Shown: in pieces, positions 52,354 through 60,437 of the stretch
Numbering within the stretch: the first letter of the stretch is position 1
How the letters are laid out: each line of letters starts with the position of its first letter
Source of the DNA: Xanthobacteraceae bacterium
GTDB taxonomy: Bacteria; Pseudomonadota; Alphaproteobacteria; Rhizobiales; Xanthobacteraceae
NCBI GenBank assembly: GCA_035601815.1
Contig: DATNNN010000160.1
Coordinates: 1 to 61,403 of the forward strand
Length of the DNA stretch: 61,403 nucleotides
Direction of reading: 5' to 3'
Translations under genes and position numbers: made by a program
Notes under the pieces: model-generated
Seen by the model: the letters and a program-made list of their open reading frames with translations, nothing else
The model's database searches: none
Told to the model about the DNA's origin: nothing

Positions 52354-53571
52354 CTATAGAACTTCGACCGCTGTCTGCGACCCAATCCCCCATACTGAGT
52401 CTTTGCGCTTGACCCAGACGAACCCTTCACCCTTGGAGAGGACGGCGATGTCGATCGGTCCTCCGACGGTCTCCTTTTGCGTCACCGACATCCGTGCCCG
52501 AAATGCAGTGAGGTTGACTAGCGCCTCGGCCATCGCTGCAAGATCGTGGCGGGGCAGCGCCGCCACCGCAGCCATAAATGGTTGTGCGTATCGTCTCTGG
52601 ACCTCTTGTTCCATTTTTTCGTGAAGATCGTTTGCGGCCTTCTCGACCCGCGCGCGCGATCGCCTCTTGCTGCTTTTGCTGGCTTGTACCGGCCGGCGTC
52701 TAGCAATCATCTCCACAAATTTCTCTTCGAGCTCCGGAAAAATCCCGCGAATGATCATGTCGATCGTCTCTCTCTGCGCGAACGGAACGATCATTGCGTC
52801 GTCATCGCGGGTCACGCGTATGTCGCGTACTTTTGCGTACCTCAGTCTTCCTACCGCAATACTCCCAACGCGATAATGCAGCAGGATGGGAAAAAGATCG
52901 GATTCGCCCATGCCGGCGATGACGACCCCGCTTCCGGCGCTTGGCACTGTGGTGTGCATCAAGCGGACGGTCGTCCTAAGAGCCGGCCCGACATGTCGTG
53001 ACAATTTGAGCGAGCCGAACATTTCCTGCTGCAGCTCGTCGAGAATGTCGCCGTACGCGGCCACAACGTGATCTCCATATGCCGGCCCCAACTCCTCAAC
53101 GATCGGATGTTTGTTCCACAATTTATGGTCTTCGTGGATCAGTTCTTCCAGAATCCCGCTTGCATTGCTCGCTGCGCTTTTTGTCCGATCTACCAATTTC
53201 TTCTTCAATGGGTCCAGATAGAGATCCTGCCATACGTCTTTCACAAACGAGCGGATTTCTGCACGCTGGGCCGATTGTGGGAATAGGGACTCGGTTCCCT
53301 CGACGAAGCGAAGGAAGTCATGAGCGTATTGTTCGAGCGTCTCGAATCTACGACCATCGAGCTTCTGGCCATAAATCTTGATGATGATCTCCCAGGGCAC
53401 GCCCATGAAATCGGCTGACCCATGCGTCATAATGCCGACGGCTGCTGGCGGCGAGAGAGGAAAAAGCTTCTCGGCGCTGTGATAAATTTTCTCGCCTTCA
53501 CCCAAGGTAACAGCGCTGTCGGCAGCGAGGGCGATTCCGCGCCTATTCATCACGGCGACCTCACAGGTCAT
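52354..53571 (-). CDS. Ntn-hydrolase, HslV/proteasome-beta-like, 405 aa with large inserts (uncharacterised)
   Basis: Begins M-TCEVAVMNRRGIALAADSAVTLGEGEKIYHSAEKLFPL..GSADF, alignable to the HslV N-terminus (Thr1, Asp17, TLG21-23, Lys33/34). SD AAGGGGA. An in-frame TGA lies one codon upstream of the ATG. C-terminus GGPIDIAVLSKGEGFVWV. Lower GC than the flanks. Confidence 0.7.
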   Translation of the reverse strand: MTCEVAVMNRRGIALAADSAVTLGEGEKIYHSAEKLFPLSPPAAVGIMTHGSADFMGVPWEIIIKIYGQKLDGRRFETLEQYAHDFLRFVEGTESLFPQSAQRAEIRSFVKDVWQDLYLDPLKKKLVDRTKSAASNASGILEELIHEDHKLWNKHPIVEELGPAYGDHVVAAYGDILDELQQEMFGSLKLSRHVGPALRTTVRLMHTTVPSAGSGVVIAGMGESDLFPILLHYRVGSIAVGRLRYAKVRDIRVTRDDDAMIVPFAQRETIDMIIRGIFPELEEKFVEMIARRRPVQASKSSKRRSRARVEKAANDLHEKMEQEVQRRYAQPFMAAVAALPRHDLAAMAEALVNLTAFRARMSVTQKETVGGPIDIAVLSKGEGFVWVKRKDSVWGIGSQTAVEVL

Positions 53572-53703
53572 GGTTCATCCCCTTCTTGCAAATCCCCGCC
53601 ATTGAACAGATCCGATCGGTTCTCAAGATCAGAACGGTCTTTTGAGCCAATCGTGCCCAAGCACCAAAGTCTCTAGTTGGCGTCTGCGTCAAAATCGGAC
53701 GTA

Positions 53704-53889
53704 CTATTCGTATGGAAGCGACGCCAGAACCTGTAACCACGAGGTAACCACGGCGTTCTTGCAGCGTTCCAAAACCCCGAAAACGCCGGCGGTCTTGCGG
53801 CAGATTGTGCAGTAGCAGCAAGGCTGCGGCGCGTGAGAATCCACTGAGAATTTCACTGCGCCGCACCGACAGGAACCCTCCAGTCGCAT
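53704..53889 (-). pseudogene. Truncated GFA (glutathione-dependent formaldehyde-activating/CENP-V-like) family gene
   Basis: The 61-aa ORF begins GSCRCGAVKF...CCYCTICRKTAG (GFA Zn-Cys motifs) but stops at about half the family length. Downstream DNA to ~53572 has no intact continuation in any frame. Confidence 0.65.
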
Positions 53890-54225
53890 CGGTATGTTCA
53901 GCCTCCCTTGCTTCGACGTTCAGCCATAGTGGGCCTATGATGCAACACCCCGCATTGATCGCTGGTTGATTCCGGCGGCGTCTAGGGGATCTCGTAGACC
54001 TTCAATTCTTCGGTGACCCCGCGAAGCGTAGCGCAAGACGATCGGCGACGCGGTGATGGCCACGTTGCCGCGCCCGCGTCGGCCGCCTGCCGCAATGCGG
54101 CGAAGGGGGCTTGAGCTTGGTTCACGCGAAAAAGCTTACGCCAAAACCGGCGGCGAGAAAGGGGCTGTGCTCTGCTTGTGGCCGCCGTGCTAATATTATC
54201 TTGTTTGCAACCCGCGGAGACCCGC

Positions 54226-55170
54226 ATGTCTGTCAAAGTTGCCGTGGTGCAGGCGCCCCCCGTTTTACTCGACCGTGCAGCGACCATTTCGCGGATGCTT
54301 CAACATATGGCCGACGTGGCTGCGGCCGGGGCCAAGTTGGTTGTCTTTCCGGAAGCTTATATCCCCGGTTATCCAAGCTGGGTGTGGCGGCTCAAACCGG
54401 GTGGCGACATGGTGCTCGCCGGTGAAATCCACGCGCGGCTGCGCGAGCAGGCAGTTGATCTCGCGCGTGGCGACCTGAAGCCGCTCACCGAAGCCGCTGC
54501 GCATTACGGCCTCACTATGGTCTGCGGTCTACACGAAATAGACTCTGAGTTCAGCGGCACGACGCTCTTCAATAGTGTGGTCGTCATCGGTCCCGACGGC
54601 GCAATTCTCAATCGCCATCGCAAGCTCTTGCCCACTAATCCCGAACGCATGGTATGGGGACGCGGCGATGCGCGTGGCCTGCGCGTCGTGGAAACACCGG
54701 CCGGCCGCATCGGGACCCTGATCTGTTGGGAAAATTATATGCCGCTTGCACGCTATGCTCTGTATGCGCAGAATCTGGAGGTTCTCGTCGCACCGACGTG
54801 GGACTGCGGCGAGGAGTGGATCGCCAGCATGCGGCACATCGCGCGAGAAGGTGGCTGCTGGGTCATTGCCACGGGCACTGCCATTCAAGCGAGCGACGTG
54901 CCCAAGGATTTTCCAGGTCGAGATCGTCTCTTCAGCGACAACGACGAATGGCTATGTGATGGAGGCGCCTTGATCGTGCGGCCATTTGGCAAAGTAGAAT
55001 CAGGACCGCTCAACCGGGACAAGACGGTGCTCTTCTCTGATATCGACCCTTCACTGGCTCCGCGATCCCGCCGTTCTCTCGATGTGACGGGTCACTACGC
55101 ACGTCCTGATATTTTTCACCTCCAGGTTAACCGTGCCCCCTTGCCGCCTGTTGAGTTCCGGGATGGCTGA
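54226..55170 (+). CDS. Nitrilase/cyanide hydratase family carbon-nitrogen hydrolase
   Basis: 314 aa from MSVKVAVVQAPP. Catalytic triad context VVFPEAYIPGY (Glu), NRHRKLLPT (Lys), LICWENYMP (Cys). Confidence 0.88.
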   Translation: MSVKVAVVQAPPVLLDRAATISRMLQHMADVAAAGAKLVVFPEAYIPGYPSWVWRLKPGGDMVLAGEIHARLREQAVDLARGDLKPLTEAAAHYGLTMVCGLHEIDSEFSGTTLFNSVVVIGPDGAILNRHRKLLPTNPERMVWGRGDARGLRVVETPAGRIGTLICWENYMPLARYALYAQNLEVLVAPTWDCGEEWIASMRHIAREGGCWVIATGTAIQASDVPKDFPGRDRLFSDNDEWLCDGGALIVRPFGKVESGPLNRDKTVLFSDIDPSLAPRSRRSLDVTGHYARPDIFHLQVNRAPLPPVEFRDG

Positions 55171-55218
55171 TATTGCCCGCTTTGGGTTTCAGACAATCTC
55201 TTGAAAATATTCGGGCGC

Positions 55219-55256
55219 GCCCTCCATACTGATTCAGTTCGGAGGGCTTGTTATTC
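55219..55256 (+). terminator. Putative intrinsic terminator downstream of the nitrilase gene
   Basis: Stem GCCCTCC...GGAGGGC with an inner CTG/CAG extension, followed by the T-rich run TTGTTATTCT. Lies 49 nt after the stop. Confidence 0.5.
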
Positions 55257-55346
55257 TAATGGGCGTAATGAGCTTGGCTTTAAAACAATAGGCGCGGGCC
55301 GACTTCGCGGTCACGGTCGCGGCTAACCCGTCGCCGCCTGCAGAAG

Positions 55347-55502
55347 CTCAGCGAGGCCACCGCCGGGCTGCCGCTTTTGCCGGCGCTGTTCTCGTCCGAT
55401 CGCTGGCTCTTGTGGCTCGGCATCCTGTTCGTGCTGAGCGTTTATTTCTTTCCGGCGGGCATTGTCGGCAGGCTGCGCGCGGGCGCGGCGCGGCGATCGT
55501 AA
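55347..55502 (+). pseudogene. Relic 3' end of a LivM-type permease gene (last 51 codons plus stop)
   Basis: Translates to LSEATAGLPLLPALFSSDRWLLWLGILFVLSVYFFPAGIVGRLRAGAARRS*. This is near-identical to the C-terminus of the livM-like gene ending at 47636. No upstream coding continuation; weak similarity may extend to 55338. Confidence 0.85.
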
Positions 55503-55728
55503 GCTGGCGGTCCCGGCAGGTGATCGGCGTCCCAATTTCCTATCGATCCTTGATGCCGCCTGGCCTACGTCCGGTCCTCCTAAAGTCGAGGAGCAGATAC
55601 TGTTTTCGCCCCTTTGTCGCGCTATAGCAACGCGCGCGGGCTGACATCTCGACCTCGAAGCCAAGCTCCTCTAACGTTGCCGTTCCGCAAATTGAAGCCG
55701 CGCGAAGCGGCCAACAGGAGGAAAACCC

Positions 55729-56961
55729 ATGGTCGACGTTGCCGCCAGATTTCTTCGAGCCGGCCTGTTTGCGTTCGCCGCCGGTCTTTTCGCCTTTGTA
55801 GGCGCTGCCGGTGCGGCCGATCCGATTAAAATCGGCGTCACCATTGCCCAATCACCGCCCGGCTCGGTCTCTCAGGGCGTGCAGGTGAAGGACGGGGTCG
55901 AAATCGCGGCCGCGATCATCAACGCCGCCGGCGGCGTGAACGGCCGGCTGATCGAGCTCATCTTTGAGGACACCCAGGGCATTCCGGAAAAAGCGCGCGC
56001 CGCGGTGGAGAAACTCATTACCCGCGACAAGGTCATCGCCATCGTCGGCGAGCACCAGAGTTCGGCCGCGCTCGTGGGAATGGAAGTCGCGCGCCGCTAC
56101 CACGTGCTCTACGTCAATACCAACGCGTGGTCGGATGCGGTCCGCGAGAAGGGCTATGCCGAGGTGTTCAATCCCGGCAACTACAACAGCCGCGTCGCCA
56201 TCGCCATGGCCGACACGATGAAGTCGCTCGGCGTCAAGCGCGTGGTGGCGTTCTGCGAGAACACCGACTACGGCGTCGGTCTCGCCAAGCTGCTCGGCGT
56301 TCAGCTCGCCGAGCGCGCACCCGGCATCGAATACAAGTACGAGACGCTCGACCGCGCCGGAAAGGACTTCTTGCCGGCGCTCTTGCCGCTGAAATCCAAT
56401 CCGCCCGACGCGGTCGTCGAGATCATGCTGCCGCCGGCGGCCTACATCCTGCTCAATCAGTTGAACGAGCAGGGGATCGTGCCGACCTCGAAGACCTGGC
56501 TCTACGACGCTTCCGGCATCGCCGACTATCCCGACTTCTGGCAGAACGTCGGCGACGCCGCGAAGAACATGCTCGTCTTCGGCCTCTATCACCCGAAGAT
56601 GACGCTGCCCGATCTCGGCAAGAAAGTCGCCGCCGACTACACCGCCAAGACAAAGTTCCAGCCGAACCGTCTGTTGTTCCAGGCGGCCGACAGCGTGTTC
56701 ATCGTGGCCGAGGCGGTCAGGGCCGCGAATTCCACGGAAACGGACGCCCTCATCAAGGCACTGGAGGCGATGAAGTGGACCGGCTCGCGCGGTACAATCA
56801 CCTTCTCGGCCGAGAAGGCGGGCTACAAATACCATCAGTGGCTCGACGTGCCCTACGTCACGTTCCAGATCACGGCGGTCAAGCAGCCGATCGCGGACAC
56901 CAAGCTTGTGCAGGATCCGGGTCAGCCGCTCGACGTCTCGCGGCTCGAAAAGACGAAGTAG
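55729..56961 (+). CDS. ABC transporter substrate-binding protein (Leu/Ile/Val-binding family)
   Basis: 410 aa with a signal peptide (FAFVGAAGAADPIKIGV). Type I PBP pattern. Heads a second Liv-type operon. Confidence 0.88.
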   Translation: MVDVAARFLRAGLFAFAAGLFAFVGAAGAADPIKIGVTIAQSPPGSVSQGVQVKDGVEIAAAIINAAGGVNGRLIELIFEDTQGIPEKARAAVEKLITRDKVIAIVGEHQSSAALVGMEVARRYHVLYVNTNAWSDAVREKGYAEVFNPGNYNSRVAIAMADTMKSLGVKRVVAFCENTDYGVGLAKLLGVQLAERAPGIEYKYETLDRAGKDFLPALLPLKSNPPDAVVEIMLPPAAYILLNQLNEQGIVPTSKTWLYDASGIADYPDFWQNVGDAAKNMLVFGLYHPKMTLPDLGKKVAADYTAKTKFQPNRLLFQAADSVFIVAEAVRAANSTETDALIKALEAMKWTGSRGTITFSAEKAGYKYHQWLDVPYVTFQITAVKQPIADTKLVQDPGQPLDVSRLEKTK

Positions 56962-57021
56962 CTCGCGGCGCATGACAGGAGCGGGAGGCGCCCGGCGTCT
57001 CCCGCTCCATGTCTCTCCTCC

Positions 57022-57912
57022 ATGCTCGCGCTGGACCTCACCATCAACGGCTTGATCATCGGCGTATTCTACGCGCTGATGGCGATCGGGCTGTCGCTGA
57101 TTTTCGGCGTGCTCAAGATCGTGAACTTCGCCCACGGCGAGTTCTACATGGTGGGCGCCTACGCCTATACGCTCGGCGCGCTCATGCTCGGCATCCCGCC
57201 CTGGGCGGCGCTCCCCTTTGCGTTTCTGGCGGGCGTGATCGTCGGGCTTATCGTGGAACGGACGCTGATGCGGCCGCTCTACGCGGGATACACTTCCTGG
57301 TCGGTGATGCGCGACGAATACGCCGTCATTGTCACCTTCGGCCTCTCGCTTCTTCTGATCAACCTCGTCGACAAGGTCATCGGTCCTTACGCCTACAAGG
57401 GACCGGCGCTCGCGCAGGCGTCACGCATCGCGATCGGCCCGATTCTGATCAGTGGCCACCGGCTGGTAGCGGCGCTGCTCGCCGCCGCCGTCATCGTCGC
57501 CGTCCTGCTCGTGGTCCGCTATTCCTACTGGGGCCGTCAGATCCAGGCCGTGGCGCAGAACCGTCTCGGCGCATCGCTTGCCGGCATCGACCCCGCCAAG
57601 GCGAGCGCCATCGTGTTTGCGCTTGCCGGCGGGCTCGCGGCGATTTCCGGCGCGCTGCTCGCCAACATCTTCAACCCCACGCCCGACGTCGGCGTGTTCC
57701 CGGCGATCAAGTCCTACGTGATCGTGGTGCTCGGCGGCATGGGATCGGTGCCGGGCAGCATCATCGCGAGCCTCATCCTCGGCGTCTTCGAGAGCTTCGG
57801 CGGCGTCTACATCTCCTACCAGTACCGCGACACCTTCGGGCTCATGATTCTGATCGCCATTCTTCTGTTCCGCCCGCAAGGGCTGTTCGGCGAACGGTCG
57901 CGGGACGTGTGA
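57022..57912 (+). CDS. Branched-chain amino acid ABC transporter permease (LivH-like)
   Basis: 296 aa. Motif LSLIFGVLKIVNFAHGEFYM. Confidence 0.9.
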   Translation: MLALDLTINGLIIGVFYALMAIGLSLIFGVLKIVNFAHGEFYMVGAYAYTLGALMLGIPPWAALPFAFLAGVIVGLIVERTLMRPLYAGYTSWSVMRDEYAVIVTFGLSLLLINLVDKVIGPYAYKGPALAQASRIAIGPILISGHRLVAALLAAAVIVAVLLVVRYSYWGRQIQAVAQNRLGASLAGIDPAKASAIVFALAGGLAAISGALLANIFNPTPDVGVFPAIKSYVIVVLGGMGSVPGSIIASLILGVFESFGGVYISYQYRDTFGLMILIAILLFRPQGLFGERSRDV

Positions 57913-57914
57913 CG

Positions 57915-58883
57915 ATGCTACGATTCGGCAACCGCGATCCCAACGGCGGCGACCTTGTGGTGTCGCTGGGCATTCTCGCGTTAGTCGCGGTCGCGCCGGC
58001 CTACGTGACCAACGATTACTGGCGTGGCGTTTTGGTCGTGTCGATGTACTTCGCCATGCTCGCCGCCGCCTGGAATCTACTGGCGGGCTATACCGGGCAG
58101 TTCTCGCTTGCGCCCGCCGCCTTTGGCATGATCGGCGCCTACGTCACCGGGATGCTGGCCTATTACTACGGAGTCCCGCCACTCATCGGGATCGCCGCCG
58201 CCATCGTCGTCGCCGCAGCCATCGGCTTCCTGCTCGGCCGGATCGTGCTGCGCCTGCGCGGGCCGTATCTGGCGCTGACCACGCTATCGTTCGCCGAGAT
58301 CGTCCGCCTCGTCATCAGCAACTCCATCGATATCACCCGCGGCGACCTCGGACTGAACGTGCCCGGCATCGTCAACCAGCGCATCGTTTACTACTACCTG
58401 ATGCTAGTCGTGCTGCTCGCGGTCCAGCTCGGGCTCTACTTCCTACTGCGCTCGCGCGCCGGATTGTATTTGCGGGCGATCCGCGACGACGAAACCGCCG
58501 CGGCGAGTCGGGGCGTGAAGGTCGTCGTCTGGAAGACCAACGCGTTCACGCTGAGTGCCGCAATCTCCGGCCTTGCCGGTGCGCTTTACGCCCATTTCGC
58601 CCAGTTCATCAGCCCGGAGCTGGGGCTCCTGTCGCAGACCGGCATCATCATCTCTATGGCGGTGATCGGCGGCCTCGGCACGCTGCCGGGCCCGATCGGT
58701 GCCGCGTTCCTGGTCTATGTCGCTTCGGAGTTCCTGCGCGATTTCGGCGGCTATCAGCTCATCATTTTCGCGCTGCTCGTGATCATCTTCGGCCGCTTCT
58801 TCCGCGACGGGCTGTGGGGGATGGTGCGCAAGCTCGTGGCCGGCGCGAAGCGCCGCGCCGCGCCGCCGGCGCCCGCGGAGTAG
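57915..58883 (+). CDS. Branched-chain amino acid ABC transporter permease (LivM-like)
   Basis: 322 aa from MLRFGNRDPN. Motif LLAGYTGQFSLAPAAFGMIGAY. Confidence 0.9.
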   Translation: MLRFGNRDPNGGDLVVSLGILALVAVAPAYVTNDYWRGVLVVSMYFAMLAAAWNLLAGYTGQFSLAPAAFGMIGAYVTGMLAYYYGVPPLIGIAAAIVVAAAIGFLLGRIVLRLRGPYLALTTLSFAEIVRLVISNSIDITRGDLGLNVPGIVNQRIVYYYLMLVVLLAVQLGLYFLLRSRAGLYLRAIRDDETAAASRGVKVVVWKTNAFTLSAAISGLAGALYAHFAQFISPELGLLSQTGIIISMAVIGGLGTLPGPIGAAFLVYVASEFLRDFGGYQLIIFALLVIIFGRFFRDGLWGMVRKLVAGAKRRAAPPAPAE

Positions 58884-58886
58884 CCG

Positions 58887-59606
58887 ATGACGCTCCTCGC
58901 CATCGCTCAAGTCTCCAAGTCGTTCGGCGGCATCAGGGCGCTCGCGGGGGCCACGTTTTCCGTCGAGCCCAGTGAGCTTGTCGGCCTCATCGGCCCGAAC
59001 GGCTCCGGCAAGACAACGCTCATCAACATCCTGAGCGGGCATCTCGCGGCCGAGGGGGGGAGTGTGACGCTCGACGGCCGGGCGATCGCCGGAATGCGGC
59101 CCGAGGCGCTGGCGCGGCGCGGAATCCAGCGCACCTTCCAGATCACCCGAGCCTTTCCGCGCATGAGCGTGCTCGACAACCTCATGGTTGTCGGCTGCGC
59201 GCTGGGGCTCACACAGGACGCCGCCGAGCAACGGGCCCGCGCGCTTGTCCACGAGCTGTCGCTGACGCGCGTGATCGATCTCGACGCCGGCCACCTGTCC
59301 GGCGGGCAACTCAAGCTTCTCGAGTTCGGCTCCTGCTTCATGGTGCCGCCCCGCATCGCGCTGCTCGACGAGCCGTTCGCCTCCGTCCATCCCACTATGA
59401 AGGAGATCATGGCCGGGTTTATTCGCGCGCGGCATAAGGAAGGGCAGACTTTCCTGGTGGTCAGCCACGACATGCCAGTGGTGGTCGAGCTTTGTCCGCG
59501 CACCGTATGCATGAACGCCGGCGTGGTCATCGCTGACGAGAGCACACGGGCGGTGCTCACCGATCCGGTGGTGATCGAGGCCTATCTCGGACAGGCAGCA
59601 GCATGA
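58887..59606 (+). CDS. ABC transporter ATP-binding protein (LivG-like)
   Basis: 239 aa. Walker A GPNGSGKTT, signature LSGGQLKLLE, Walker B LLDEP. Confidence 0.9.
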   Translation: MTLLAIAQVSKSFGGIRALAGATFSVEPSELVGLIGPNGSGKTTLINILSGHLAAEGGSVTLDGRAIAGMRPEALARRGIQRTFQITRAFPRMSVLDNLMVVGCALGLTQDAAEQRARALVHELSLTRVIDLDAGHLSGGQLKLLEFGSCFMVPPRIALLDEPFASVHPTMKEIMAGFIRARHKEGQTFLVVSHDMPVVVELCPRTVCMNAGVVIADESTRAVLTDPVVIEAYLGQAAA

Positions 59607-60346
59607 CGGCGCTCCTCGCCATCAAGGACCTGAGCGCCGGCTATGTGGCCGATATCGATATTCTGCGCGGCGTCAGCCTGTCGGTGGAGGCCGCGTCGAT
59701 CACTGGCCTCATCGGACTCAATGGCGCCGGCAAGTCGACCATCATGAAGACGATCTGCGGCTTCCTGCGGCCGCGAGCGGGCACGATCGAGTTCGACGGC
59801 GCCGATGTCACCGGCGTGCCGGCGCATACAGTGATCGACCGGGGCATCAGCTACATCCCGCAGGAATCGAGCCTGTTCAACTACATGAGCGTCGAGGAAA
59901 ACCTGCGGCTTCCGCTCGAGCATCTCGCCCGCATTCCGGGTGGCCCGAGCCGCGAGGAGATTGGCGCCCGCTTCGACGACATGTTCGGGAAATTCCCCGT
60001 GCTTAAGGAACGCCGTCGCGCCAAGGCGGGGGACCTCTCGGGCGGACAGCAGAAGATGGTCGAGTTCGCCAAAGCCTATCTGGTGCGGCCGCGCATATGC
60101 CTCATCGACGAGCCCGGCATCGGGCTCGCTCCGAAGGTCGCGGAGGAGGTATATGGATGGATCGACCTCTTCGCAGCCGAGCGTATGGCGATCCTTCTCG
60201 TCGATCACAATGTTCGGCGTGTCGTTAAAATGTCCCGCTACATTTACGTAATGAGTCTGGGCACGATCACCGCTGAAGGCCCTCGGGAGTCATTCGAGAG
60301 TAATCTACATGAGCAAGTAAGGGGCTGGCTCGGAATTAATTTCTGA
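59603..60346 (+). CDS. ABC transporter ATP-binding protein (LivF-like)
   Basis: 247 aa. Walker A GLNGAGKST, signature LSGGQQKMVE, Walker B CLIDEP. Confidence 0.9.
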   Translation: MTALLAIKDLSAGYVADIDILRGVSLSVEAASITGLIGLNGAGKSTIMKTICGFLRPRAGTIEFDGADVTGVPAHTVIDRGISYIPQESSLFNYMSVEENLRLPLEHLARIPGGPSREEIGARFDDMFGKFPVLKERRRAKAGDLSGGQQKMVEFAKAYLVRPRICLIDEPGIGLAPKVAEEVYGWIDLFAAERMAILLVDHNVRRVVKMSRYIYVMSLGTITAEGPRESFESNLHEQVRGWLGINF

Positions 60347-60364
60347 TCCGATGTTTCGGTCCAT

Positions 60365-60378
60365 TTGATTTGGATCAA
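60365..60378. promoter_or_regulatory. Perfect FNR/FixK-type box TTGAT-N4-ATCAA
   Basis: TTGATTTGGATCAA is read directly. It is centred ~66 nt upstream of the ATG at 60438, in an AT-rich spacer. A Crp/Fnr-family regulator gene lies 45 nt beyond the downstream gene. Confidence 0.6.
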
Positions 60379-60437
60379 TGCGCCGAGGCGGCATTCTTCA
60401 TCATTATCATTGCGCACAGCTATCAGAGGAGGGTTCG

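Noticed and set aside
53890-54287. A 101-aa minus-strand ORF (53982-54287) in the unassigned spacer upstream of the nitrilase gene. It might be a relic regulator.
   Set aside because: The translation is Ala/Arg/Ser-rich with no recognisable domain, has no SD, and overlaps the nitrilase start. At most it is a decayed remnant, and I cannot support a call.
42804-60346. Two Liv-type ABC loci with different gene orders (SBP-G-F-H-M versus SBP-H-M-G-F), considered as a recent tandem duplication.
   Set aside because: The proteins of the two loci are clearly divergent and the gene orders differ. The C-termini of the two LivM proteins, for example, are unrelated. They are old paralogues with presumably different substrates. 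Only the 156-nt relic is related to locus 1.
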